Positions 14,285 to 26,473 of a DNA stretch of 64,000 nt are shown one piece after another. The position numbers and the translations under genes are program-made. The DNA is taken from NCBI GenBank assembly GCA_003971905.1, contig RSEE01000169.1, forward strand, positions 1-64,000. The letters run 5' to 3'. Position 1 is the first letter of the stretch. Every line of letters starts with the position of its first letter. The stretch is from Moniliella sp. 'wahieum' (taxonomy: Eukaryota). The notes beneath the pieces were generated by a model. That model did not search any database and was not told where the DNA came from. It saw only the letters and a list, made by a program, of their open reading frames with translations.

Positions 14285-14525
14285 GGCGGTCGTGTGGTGG
14301 CCGCGGTGGCTGGCAGCTTCGCGAGGGGGCTTAAGCTCTTAAGCCGCCCACTGACCCCCCGACGCGCCTTCCGTTTCCCGCCGCCACGCCCGTCCCGTTG
14401 CAGCCCGGCCGGTCACGTGCCGCTGCCCCACCGGACCGCCCAGTGAAACAGCCTGCCCCCCCCAAGAACACCGCCAACATAACCCTAAGGTATGACAGAT
14501 CTCAAAGGGCCTGCTTGACTGCCTC

Positions 14526-15009
14526 ATGACCGGTGACCCCCTTTGCGGCATATGGTATCCCTATCCTGGCCTCGGCCGACGCTTCTGCTTCTGCTTCTGC
14601 TTCTGCTTCTGCTTCTGCTTCTACTTCTGCTTCTGCTTCTGCCAGTAATGCCGGACCCCCCTTCCCTCCTACTGGCTACGCCCTACTTTATCCACCCAAG
14701 CAATCAGATCTCCGATCGCACGTCCAAGCGCCCCTTTCCCTCGCCTGGAAGCTGCTTCCAACCCCGCCGCGCCCAAGGCCGATTCACCCACCTACACCAC
14801 TTTCGTCCCGACGGCCTTTGGCACAGTTGCACCACCACCTCCTTCCACCTCTATCGCCCCCGACCTCCCTCCCCCGCATGTCGTGCCCTCCGGTGCCGTC
14901 CTGGGCCACGGGCCCCAACCGTCCCAGATTCCTTGGCTTCGGACGCATCGATGATCACGGGCCAAACGTGGTTCTCGTGCTTTGGTCAGAGGGACATGCT
15001 GGGTGTTGA
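14526..15009 (+). CDS. Possible orphan protein divergent from the TF (Ala/Ser repeat, Pro-rich); frameshifted
   Basis: ATG at 14526, (GCTTCT)n encoding ASASAS, and a frame over 14763-14954 with C-ending codons (PAAPKADSPTYTTFVPTAFG..). No homology recognised. Confidence 0.3.
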
Positions 15010-18000
15010 TACGGGTTGTTTGCCCCACATTGGATCGCGGGGGGGACGCGAACCTCGACCCAGCCTTGTTGGTATGGGAAGAACCGTTGCCGCCGCCCCC
15101 AGAGGCTCCGTCGCGGCCTCAGCTTCCTTAGCCAGAAAGAGAAGGTCTGGAATGGCTGCCTTGCAGTGGTTTGAGTTGGAGCAATTAAGTGTGTGCCCTG
15201 GGTGCTTCTTGATCATCCAGTCCAGTATGTCCGTCCAATCGTTACTCGGTACTCGTTACTCGTTACTCGTTAAGCACCAGCACCCTTGCTTTGGGTCGGA
15301 CTCGACGGTAGCAAATCAGCCTCCTGCTGCTTACCCCCTCCTTTGCCTACCACCTACTCACTACGAATAGGCAGCTGGTTCCACTGTCCCGGTGCATGTA
15401 ACCCACCCTGCATCGGCCCCACCAGTGAAAACGATATCTCACAAAGGAAGTCTGGTGGCTGTAGGAAGAGGCAGATGCAGAGATAGATGTACCAAGCCAA
15501 ACGTGAATGTTAGACTGTGATCCTGCAGCTGCTCTTATCCCGGCTCGATAGCGTAGTGGTAACGCATCTCTGGCCAATAGGCGATGACATGTGTTCGATT
15601 CCCATTTGAGCCTCTCTTTTCCTTACTGTTTCCCCCGGGTTGTGCCTTCTCACAGTGAATGGGACACAACGCCATACACACCTTACACACTTCGTGGTCT
15701 TCTTTCCCTCGTTTTTTACCACCTAAAGTACCTATTAGTACGCCCACATCGCCCTCACCCCCTTTGTCGGCTGTACCCTGTATGCGCTGCGGATAGCGCC
15801 TGTCCCATTGTCCTACTGTTTAGTAGTGTTCAACGTTTGCGGGTTGACCTCTCCCCCTCTCATCTCCATGCTACTACAGCCAATGCTTGGTATTGCCCAC
15901 ACAGGTTGATGTGGTGGACCGTGTGTCGTTTATAGCAGCAGCAGGAAGACGATGTATCACAGCATGGATGACAGTCTACCAAATAAGCGACTACTAATCT
16001 ACTTTCTCGTCTTTATCTCTATATGAAGAGTGAGCATTCCACGGCCAAAAGAAGGGCGACAGGGGTAGGTGAGCGCTGCGCGTGCAACTTCTCCCGTAGT
16101 ATCCCCTCTCCCAAATATCTGCAATGGGATATGCTGTGTCGTCGCGAACAACACAACTTTTGCCAAGGGACAATGGGCCTCCGTGATACCGTGTCATCCA
16201 AGTCATCCATGTCAGTCACATGTCATCATGTCATCTGCATGTCATCGATCCGCGATGATGCGGTGTCGAGAACCAAACGTTGAACACTTTTTGGTTGGGA
16301 TGGAAGACAATGGGCGGGATCCTGTATCTCTATCTGTTTTCTTTCAGTTCCTGAAGTTAAGATGTGTGTGACATGTCAATGTCAATCTAACTGCGACAGT
16401 GTCAATATCAATGTCAACAAACAGATGGCGAAGCGAGAGCTGGGCTTGGAGGCTTAGAGCTGCTGAGAGCTAAGAAGAATAGCCGAACGAGCAACTTTAT
16501 TCTTGTGTCGCGACGTTGAACGTGTTGAACGTTGAACGTTGAACGTCCTTCGCCCACGAGTGCCTGCGTGGGCACAAAAGATTACCGGCCGGTTAGCAGT
16601 TACCGGTTACCGGTTACCCGAGAAAGTCGGTTGTACCTTGTTGTACCCTCCCAGTTGTTTTCCGTTGTTCAGATGTTCAACGTATACTGTGCTGTAGTCT
16701 CCAGATGGCCACCGGATCAATGACCGAACATTCATCACACCTATGAGAAGACACACACCATCTGAGGAGAGCGATACAGAGCTTGCCACATATATATCCG
16801 TCTCGCACATGCAGCACATTGTGCTATAGTGTCTATGGGAAACGTCCAACAAAGACCTGAGGGCCTGAGGCCGGAGCGAGCACTGAGTACTGACGCGTGA
16901 CGTGCTGACGTGTTCTGAGGCTGACACACTACTTGGTTCAACTTCAGGGTCTAAACAAACAGAAAGCTGGGGAAAGAGAGGATGCGCTCGGGTGTATTCA
17001 ATCGCATACCAAGGAAGTGTCTGTCGGCGGCGACGACGTCGCCGCTCCGTTATTATATACGTGTGAACGTTATCTGCGTTATCCAACGTCTCTTCTCCCA
17101 TCAAAAACAATGGAGATGGTCCATGCGTGGCGCGGGATAATCGATACTAAGGTACTAAGGCTTAACGCATCTGGCGCGGGAAGGCGTAAAAAGCGCAAAA
17201 CGCGCAAAACAGATGTGCAACACCCGCCGGAGCGTGTGACATGTGAGTAGTATGTGAAGCCTGCACAGGACCTGAGAGTGGGACAGACTCTCTGTCAGCG
17301 CCTCAACGTACTCATCAACCTCTAATAAAGCTAAAGCTTAAAATTTGGTGAAGCTTTCGGAGCGTTTGAAGCTTACAGTTACATCCTCGCTCCACTGAAA
17401 AGAAAACACACACTATCTTCGCTGGTGATCTATCCCTTCCTACTCCTTGCTGCGGATGTGTAGGGGGGAGCGGGGTTTGTGCTGGGTGCTCAGCGAGCTC
17501 AGGCTGAGCGCGCTGATTAGGCTGAAGCATGGAAGGAAGTGGAGATGGGGTGTGTGCCTGTGTGTGGTCCTGTGGTTCTATGTGTGGTCTGTGCGCGTCC
17601 TGATGGAGATACGGTCTTGCACGTGGGAAGTTAGTTTAATCACCTGGAAGCTTCGATGTGACACGCAAATAAAGGCCACAACACTGCAAATATGCTCTTC
17701 CATCTTCCACCCTACCGTCCACCCCACAACGTCCAACCCCGCAGGAGAGGTGGTTACAGGGAAATTCACATACGGTCGGGGCGGCGTATACTTATTGGGT
17801 GTTGTTCTGAAATCTGAGACGAACGTTCTTCCTATCCTCTCCTTCTCGCTGCGCACGTTGTAGATTCTCAGCTTTTCAGGTTTCATATTCTCGCAATCGA
17901 TTAGCGACAATCGACAATCTTGAATCCCCCCCGCTTCTTAGAACCAGGGTAACATGTGTAAAAACTCTTCAAGCTTCTGGTTTCAAGCTCAAGGCCAAGG

Positions 18001-19400
18001 TTGGAGAAGACGAAATGTGATGAGATCTGAGAGATCTCGATGTGCAGTGGTTCAACGTCCAGTGTTAAACGTTAATGCTGTTGTGTGGCCCATATATTGT
18101 AGTGCGCACGCGGTTTGTCAGTTTGTCCTTGTGCCGGAGGTATCCGTCCTCTGCGGGGCAGCCTATCCGCCCGTGGGCAAGGCACACGTGTGCACTGTGC
18201 TTTCTGTGCACGTTGGCCTGCTGGGCAGGCTTTTGTTAGCGTTTATTACGCAGCTCAAACCAAGGCGTTCAAGCTTCCAGGCAGCTTCAGGGGGAGGTTC
18301 GCATCGGGGTGGCCGGTGGGCCGGGGTGGTGTGGCGGTGGGCACAGTGCTTGAAGCTTGAGGCGACGGCCAGGAGCTTGAAGCTTTGAAGCTTGAAGCAT
18401 TTGAGGCTGATGATTAATGAAGGGTTTTGCTGTCCGCACCGGTACAGCGCTGGGCTGCTACGTACGCCTGAGGCTAGCGCCTGGTCATAATGAGTACCGA
18501 GTAGTCACAGTGACTTGGTGACTAGCTATTAGTTACTGGTGGCTAGGCTGGCTGGTCACGGCGGTGACCAGTGACCTGACGCGGACGCTGACTATCGGGC
18601 TAGTCAGTGACTCCACCACCATCGACCATCCCACACCACGGCGCAAGTGCCATGTCACATGTCAGCAGGGGGGCAACGGTACCACCAACTCGCCCGCGGC
18701 CTGAGGCCAAGTGCCTGCATTGACATCGTCCACGGGCCCTGTCACATGTCAGCCATACACAGCCCAGCCAGCCCTGGACTGGATGGAGGCGCTATCGATT
18801 ATGCCCTCTTCTCCCTCAAACTTCAGTGAAGCTTCAAGCTCATGCACATATGCTTTTCTCAAGCTTCTAGCTTCGGGCAGCTTCTAGCGTCTAGCTTGCA
18901 GCTTGCCGCCCTAGCTTCCAGCTCGTCAAGTTGCAACTGCAACAGAGCGAGTTTCATGGCCTGTGCTCTGTCCTGGGATGCCACCCGGCAGCACGCGGCA
19001 CATGATCGATGTCGGTGATCCATGATGCCCACGCCCGCTGGCCAGAAGTATTGGCCACCTGCCCGGCCTGTCAGTGTCCTGAGCGGCCCAGCGCGGAGGC
19101 TGAGTTGAGCGGGCCTTGGCGACCGTACGTGGATCGGATCATCGATGGGCTTCATCCATTCGGCCTCCCCTGGGGCGTCGCATCCCAAAACATCTCCCCA
19201 CAGGCCCCACATCGCATCATCCATCCCCACCCTGCTCAGCGCTCGGCCAGGCGCTCAGCCCAGCGCTCTGTCTGCGCCATCCGAAAGTTTTCCCTTGCAA
19301 AGTCGAGCCATGCAGGGCACTGCGACAGCCTCCCAGCCCACCTGTCTCTTCGCACGGGCATGTCTATCGCCCCACCTGCGCTGCCCGCCTGCCCAATACA

Positions 19401-19406
19401 TATAAA
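19401..19406 (+). promoter_or_regulatory. TATA box upstream of the orphan gene at 19509
   Basis: TATAAA followed by a C/T-rich leader about 100 bp before an ATG. Confidence 0.45.
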
Positions 19407-19508
19407 CCCAACCCACCTTCTCATCCACCCACACCTGGCCCTGCTTCGTGCGATACCACCACCCCGCCTCCGCCCTGCTTCCCTCGCCCGCCGCTTCTCT
19501 GCCGACTT

Positions 19509-20463
19509 ATGGCATCCCCCCTCCAGCTCCAGTGTCTCCACGACCTTTGCGCCGCGTGCGTCCCCCCGGCCAGCCCAGCCTTGTCAATGGCATCGTTGTT
19601 GGATGGTACGTATGCCCACCACCGTAATGTGCTGGCTACTCTCGGTGCTAATCCGACCCCCCCCCCACCACCCCCTCCAGACATGTCTCCTCTCTCCACA
19701 CCCACCGACAGCGAAGCCCCCCCGTCCCCGCACACTGGCCGTGGCCGTGGCCGCGGCCGCAGCATGGCCCGCCGCACCTCGATGCACCGTGGCAGTGACC
19801 CTTGCCGGCCCACTGGTCTTCCGCAGCCAGCCCTTGCTCATGACGTTACCCTCCCCTCGGCTGCCATCAAAACCGTCTCCCTCTCTCCTACCCACGCCAC
19901 CAACACCCAGCCCGAAAATTCCATGGGTGCAGCCTGCTTCTCCCTTCTCACCAGCTACGCTTTGGGTCAAGACCCATTATCCCGTCCTCCCTCTCCACCA
20001 GAGGACGGTGATCCCGACTCGCTCTTCCCATGGAGATGGGCATGGAGATGGAGACGGAGATGGAAGTGGAGATGGACCTGTTTGGGGACATGAACAAAGA
20101 CCGCACAGCCCTATTAATCGAGACGCAAGGATGCCTTTTGGTTCTTCTTCCGACTTGGCTCTGGCTCCACTGGGTGCCCGTGCCCGTGCACGCACTTACC
20201 TCCCCCCGCCTCGACCTGCCGTGGTAACACGCAAATTCTCCACTCCTACTCTGCGTCCTGTGTATGGCAAGCCCTCCCTTGGCCCTGTGGTGGAAAAAGA
20301 GGTTCGGGTCAAACATACGCCCATTCCCCCCTCACATCGCGATGCTGCGTTGCCCCTGCAAGATGCCCTGCAGCCACGCCGACGCTCTAGTAGGCGAGCC
20401 CCTTCCATCGAGGAAGAGCGCAGAGGAATTCCCATCCCCATCCCACCGTCCCGCCAGCGCTAA
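19509..20463 (+). CDS. Hypothetical Pro/Ser-rich protein (one or more indels near the (GGAGAT)n tract)
   Basis: MASPLQLQ..MASLLDGTYAHHRNVLATLG..DPDSLFP is joined to ..RKFSTPTLRPVYGKPSLGPVVEKE..IPPSRQR*. There is an upstream TATA box and a pyrimidine-rich 3' region. Confidence 0.5.
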
Positions 20464-21090
20464 TCGATCATCGATAATCCCCCTCCCCCACCTCCACTCT
20501 ATGACCCCCCACCGCCACGACCCAGTCACTGCCAACCCCTGCCAAAGCTGTGGGGTTGGTAGTTAGTTTCTCGGGTGACGAAACGAAGACTTCAACTGCC
20601 TCTGGTATCGATCTTGGATCTCATTGATCTTATCCATCTTTTCTCTACTACCTCCGCTCCCCCCCTCCTCTCTTTGTCCCCCTGTCTCCCCGCTCCGGCG
20701 CTTTAGCCCTCAGCCTGAGCCCTCAGGCCTCCCACTCATCTCATCGCCCCCATCCGGCGGCCTCTTTGCCCCTCGCCGCGGTGTCAGACTTTCCTCATGC
20801 CTGATGTCTGATGCCTGGGTAGGAAAAAGACAAAAAGGACTACCGTTGGGGATTCTTCCCCCCCGCATACCTATCTTCCCATGGGCCCCCAGCCTCAGGG
20901 CTTCACCTCTTCGAAGTGATCATCCATATGACGTTCTACTATTTCGTGCTTTGGATAGAACGTTAATGCTGCTGCGGCCAACAGATGGCTAATAATAGTG
21001 GGACTGCTGGGCTGCCGGGCCGATGGGGGGAAAAGAGAGGCTCTCATGCTTTTGCTAGTTCTTTGGTTGGCTGTTGTGACTGGTCACAGA

Positions 21091-21120
21091 AGTGACTAGT
21101 GACTAGTGACTAGTGACTAG
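21091..21120. repeat. Heptamer array (TGA-CTAG)x4
   Basis: agtgactagtgactagtgactagtgactag. Confidence 0.95.
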
Positions 21121-21224
21121 ATACCCGATGCCCACAGAGTGGTTAGACGCCCACCGCACCTCTGCAACTCAGCCCCTCGGTTCGTTCAGCGTACGTCAAG
21201 TAAAATTGACAAGCGGGAAGTTTG

Positions 21225-21266
21225 AGCTTGAAGCTTGAAGCTTGAAGCTTGAAGCTTGTAGCTTGA
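21225..21266. repeat. Heptamer array (TGA-AGCT)x5-6
   Basis: agcttgaagcttgaagcttgaagcttgaagcttgtagcttga. Confidence 0.95.
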
Positions 21267-21586
21267 AACATATACCTCTGGCCTCAGGGTTGGGTGTACA
21301 AGATGGCCCCACCATCCACTCTCCCCACGTGTCATGGTGGGCCTTGCTGCGCCAGTGTTGCGTTGCTCTTACGTTCCCCCCCGGCGCCCCCAGCTAACAC
21401 AGGGGCTCCGGCACGGGTGCCGGGTGGCGGTTAAATACGAAAGACGCGTCTCAGATCTCAGGCACCGACAATCGGTGATTGCCACATCCTCGCACCAGAC
21501 CAGTTCATTAGTCATTGGTCACTGTTCACTAGTCACTGGTCCCTGAGTCTGGCCGTCTCAGACTCGATTTCAGATCTCAGACTCAA

Positions 21587-21658
21587 AGCTTAAGATCTAA
21601 GATCTCATGCATCATGCATGCCACATGTCACATGTCACATGTCACATGTCACATGTCA
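21587..21658. repeat. Compound heptamer array with AGCT, GATC and TGCA cores in one phase, followed by (CATG-TCA)x5
   Basis: AGCT-TAA-GATC-TAA-GATC-TCA-TGCA-TCA-TGCA, then CATG-TCA five times. Confidence 0.93.
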
Positions 21659-23611
21659 CGGATCTCACACGTCCCGACGTCACGCTTGGCATGGTATGCA
21701 CATGCGTGCTTGCGTGCTTTGCGTGTTTCGCCACCCGGCTTGGCTCTGGCGCTTGGCTCCGCCCCGCCAGTGCCCCGCCCCACAGACACCAGTGCACCAG
21801 TCGACACCAGCCCACCTCGGCCTAAGGCCCCAGGGCCTCACCACCGCTCGCTACCCCAACTTTGGATTTGACTACACTCGCTCTGAGCGACGGCGAGACG
21901 CACCTTGAAGCTTGAAGCTTGAAGCTTGAAAAGCTTGAAAAGCTTGAAACATGTAGGGGGTTCCTTCCTCTTGCCCCCCCCGTTTTAGTACTTAGTGGAG
22001 CGGTGGGGACGGGATGAGCGGCTGGGACATGGGACACACACGGCAACAGAGCGCAGCAAGATAAGAGCTTTAGCACAACGAAAAGCTGCGAAGCTACGAA
22101 GCTAAGATCTACTCTAGTTTAATAGGGATCTATCTGAAGATCTAGGATCTAGCAGCTAAAGTGTCCAAGCTACAGACAGCGCGCGTTGAGCTCTGATATG
22201 GAATGGGCCGAAAATGTCATCCACATACGCACCTTGCCCCCCAACCATTAACGTTTAGCCACACCGCCATCAAAAGTGTACGCAAGTTTATAACAAGTTT
22301 TTTATCTCTCTAGTCCCCGCAACCCCACCCGCAAGCACCTTCCCCCCCAGTGATAATGCGAACGTACGAGCATCTTTGATGGCCATGTGGCAAACACGTC
22401 ACATGTCACTTGTCACTAATTAATCACTCAAGCTTCAAGCTTCAAGCTTCAAGTTGCTAGAACTATATAAACTACGTGACGCGGGAACATCGATCATCGA
22501 TCACACGATCACGAGGCACTAGTCCCTACGAGCCGTTACGCGTTACGCGTTACCGGTGACCAGCCTCCGCGTGCGTGCCCACCATGTCCACACCTTTTTA
22601 TAGACTTGTCCACGTGCGCCCCCGTGGATTCGCCGCAGGGCACCATTGCTCGCCCCACACCTGCCACAGGGTTGGAGGTACGTTGAACGTTGAAGCTTGA
22701 AGGTCCAAGTTCTAAGATCTAACCTCTCTCCCCTTTCCGTCCTCAGGCCTCGGGCCCAAATACCCCACAAGTATATATATGGCACCACAGGCAAGTCCGC
22801 GGTCGTGGTCATCTCCAGAGAAGATTTGATATCGCTTCATTAATCATTGCACGCCGTGTGCCCCACACGCGCCCACATTCCATGTTGTGTTTGGGGATGT
22901 GGAGGGAGGTTGTTGGTTGGGGATTTGATGCTGCGTAACATGTTACAGGTAACATGCGTAACGGCCACAAAGAGACCCTTTTACGCCCCCACATTATGTC
23001 CTCAAAACAGAGGGTCAACGTCTGTTGAACGTTCAGTTGACCGTTGGAGCACGTGAGTACATGAGTTGTACACCCGTTACTTGTGTTACTTGTTCCTTGT
23101 TACTTGTTACCCTTTCACCCAACAAGTCCCTGACAACAGCGACAGCTGGGGGTGGGAAACTGAAACTGACAGGTCCTGCGGGCCGGTCATGGTCATGCAT
23201 CATGCATCATGTGAAGCGCCCCGCATGTGGAAAGCGTAACTGTGCCGAAAAAAAGCCAAAAAGATTCAAGCGCTTAGCTTCAAGAGCTTCAAGGCCATGG
23301 CTTGTGGGCAGGACCACCGCTGTTTTGCTTTTATATTTACCCTTGTTCATCCATTGCTACTAATGCACAAAATGCACAATAGCTCTCTCAGCTTTAAGCT
23401 TCAACAACGTTCAGCCATGCAACATGGAGGTACTGTGGGCAACTTTCCTTTGCCTGGACGTGTCGGCTACTTTACCTCGACGAGCAACAATGAGCAAGCG
23501 CAATGATTAATGAGCTGCAACAGTACCATCTGTGCATCAGCTGTGTATCGAGGACCCCCATCAGGCCATCATGTGCATCATGCATCATGACCTTATATAT
23601 GCACATCAAGT

Positions 23612-23959
23612 TTCAAGCTATCTTGAGGCTTCAAGCTTCAAGCTTCAAGCTTCAAGCTTCAAAAGCCAAGCCCCTCTCTCAGATCTCAGATCTCGGAGCT
23701 CACAGAGCTGATACATGCATTACACCCCACAGCGACCTCTTTATTTTCTCCCATCTTCCAGTCATCATCGATCGTCTCCCAACTCCCATCTTGTTCTCTC
23801 AGTCTCAGCTCTCAGTCTCAGCGGGAACGTCAGTTACGCGTCCCTGGCGGGGCCCCAGGCGCGGGGGAGCGCTGAGCTTCAGGCCTCCGCGTCTGAGATC
23901 TGACAGCCTGCCGCACTGATCGGCCGGCACCGGCCTCAGGCCTCAGGCCTCAGGCCTCA
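23612..23959. repeat. Cluster of heptamer arrays (TCA-AGCT)n, (TCA-GATC)n and (TCA-GGCC)n
   Basis: tcaagcttcaagcttcaagcttca at about 23631-23661, tcagatctcagatctc at about 23679-23694 and ggcctcaggcctcaggcctcaggcctca at about 23932-23959. Confidence 0.9.
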
Positions 23960-24576
23960 CCCCCGCGCCGCGAGGTGAGATATCAGAGCGAGAAAAATGT
24001 TAGATGAACTGATCCCGTCCAATCGACTCATTGGCTGTTGTCGTAACTAGTAACTTGATTGGTTATTGTTGGGTCATATGCGCGCCTGTCCTTTGAAGCT
24101 TGGAAGCTTTACGCGTTACGTGCCTTGCGTCTTCCATCTTCTACAATCGGTTAGGTACCGACTCGTACGTGTTCCCATGTCTGCTTAAGCCTTAGGTGTT
24201 CAGCTCGCCCTTTTCAGCTCGCCCTCGTTACCGAAACACGACCCCGTGCGGGCATTGCACGACCAATTCCCAGATACGAGAGGCCATTACTTCGTTACTC
24301 GTTCTATTCACATCTTTCCCACGCCCTTGGGCCGTCGCTCCACCAGCTTCACACACCCTCTCCCCCGGCCCAGATCGAACGAGGTGGAATATCCTAGTCG
24401 CGCGCAATCGCAGATTTTGGGCAGCACTTACTAGGCGCGCTCATCTCTGTCCCTTCTGCTGTGGCCAAAAGCAGACCGGATGCCCCCGTTCCTATCACTC
24501 ACCCCTACTGGCGGCGGTGCGGAAGCGGGAAGGGGGGGTGGGGGTTCGTTAGGGCCTTGCGGAGAGCCAATATGCG

Positions 24577-26473
24577 TTAGGTAGGATAGATGAAGCTGGG
24601 GTCTTGCAAGTCGGTCGCGTCCAGTGCAGCACGGTTGACGGCGAGTTTGGTCCCCTGGTCATCGACCACGTAACCCACCGTCTCGACCGGTGGGCAGCCA
24701 AGTACGCTTGGCGCACCTTGTTACGTCGGTGCAAGATGAGCCAAATCAGGCCGATGAGCAGTGGCGACAAGGTGAAGGAGAGCACGATTTGCACCACCCA
24801 CGCAGGCACGTACTTGGGTGCATCCCGGTCCTGCCACAGTTGCGGGGAGATGATGTTGGCTACGGAATAGGCGATGAGGATCAAAGCTTGGCGCGTCAAC
24901 CGTTTGGTAAAGCTCGCTCCGGCCGTAGTGGTGCTCCAGGAGTACATGCAAATCCATCCCACTCCAAACGATTGCGACGCCAACAGATCGCTGCTAGTAC
25001 CCCACCGAGTTGGACAGCGGGAGCGACACAGCGACAATCGACCCTACCCACGAAGGAAGCGTCGACCACATTACACACCACGCCGTCGTGTTGGGCCAAA
25101 TGGCTAGCGTGGTCGTAGCAAACAAGGCCCAGATTACTGCGTACCCGGCCCCGGCTTTCATCCCACCACGCACACACACACCACATACACCCTCTCGTTA
25201 GCTTTCTTACTACAGGAGAGTGGGTCGGGGCAAGGCACGTACCGACACTAACCAAGTGGAGTCCAAGTTGGAGATCCCGCCCATTTCAGTGAAAAGCAAG
25301 TTTTGCTGGTAGGGCAAGTTGTTGGCCAATTGCTGGAGGAGGAGGGCGAGGCAAAAGAGCCAAGTAATGGATCCAGCAGCGCTTCACCGCATGAGCATGT
25401 TTGAACCGATTTTTCTGTTCGATGGTGTTGTGCTGCGTCGCCTGCACACGTCGGATGGTCCATACTTTCTCTTGGGTCGTGAGGAACCGCGCTGTCACCG
25501 GGTTCGCGGGGTACGCGACCCATACCAAACCCGATAGCAGTAGCGTCACACCCCCAATGAGAATGTGTAGGATCCGGTACACCCCCATGCGCTCCACCGT
25601 TGCGCTGTGCGCATACAACAGCCCATACGAGATAAACCCAATCGGGATCGGAGCGGCCATACAATGCATACCAGAACGGCTGCGATGCCGCCCGTTCGTT
25701 CCGCGTCATGAACATCTGTACACAATATCACATTGAGTTAGCGATCAAGGTGAGGACTGTTGGGGTGTCACCGCCGGGGGCCTGGGGGGGACTCACGCCG
25801 TTTGTGGTGGTCAAGAGGGGGATTGCTGTGCTCTCTACAAAGCCAAGGGCAAAACGGAGAATGATCACACCAGCCGGGTTGTAAGCGGCGCACATGAGCA
25901 TCGTCAACGCCCCCCAAAGTAGGATCATGGTGAAAATGACCCGGTTAAGGGGCAGGAACTGCATGGCCAACAGAGCGGGGATTTGACCCAAGAGAAACCC
26001 GACATAGAAGAGCGTGTTGGCATCGTCGTACAATTGGTTAGTCAGATGGGTCTTGTCGTACAGCCCCATCACGGCCTGGTCTCCGTACGCTCTTGGGTCA
26101 GTGCTCTGCTGGAGGGGGCGAGGAATAAAGGAGGGGTGAGGGGGAGGGGGGGGTAAGGGTAAGGGGCGCACCGAGTAACTGAGAGTTGCTTTGTCAGTGT
26201 AGAGCACGAGACAGATGAGCCAGGTGAGGGCAAAGACGCGCAGGAAGACTTTGCGTCTCAGCCGCCGTTCCTGCTCAGGCGTGATGGGAGGGACCTGGGC
26301 ATCGTGCTCCTGCATAAAGGCGAGGGTGACATCGGCATCCTTGATAGAGATCTGGAGCTTATCTGTGTTGGGCAGCGGCGCGTGGCGCCGGGCTCGGGCT
26401 CGCGCGAGGACAGCGAGCCGTCCTTGGACACGGGCTTGTCCAGCGGACTGGACACCTCCTTTTCCACGTCCAT
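24577..26473 (-). CDS. MFS transporter of the allantoate/ureidosuccinate permease (anion:cation symporter, Dal5-like) family; about 3 introns
   Basis: MDVEKEVSS.., DADVTLAFM, RLRRKV..LYTDKATLSYS, LFYVGFL, LRFALGFVES, MFMTRNE..QPFWY, PANPVTARFLT, TTTAGASFTKR, YSVANIISPQLW..DAPKYVPAW, ending PSFIYPT*. Confidence 0.92.

Noticed and set aside
14480..14488. TAACCCTAA, identical to a 1.5-repeat telomerase RNA template
   Set aside because: A 9-mer in a window with many telobox-like promoter motifs. I could not identify a pseudoknot or CR4/5 element nearby.
21091..23960. Heptamer arrays as CRISPR repeats or cloning polylinker contamination (many are 6-cutter restriction sites)
   Set aside because: There is no repeat-spacer structure or cas gene and the context is eukaryotic. 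The arrays are dispersed through intergenic regions with degenerate copies, unlike a vector multiple cloning site.
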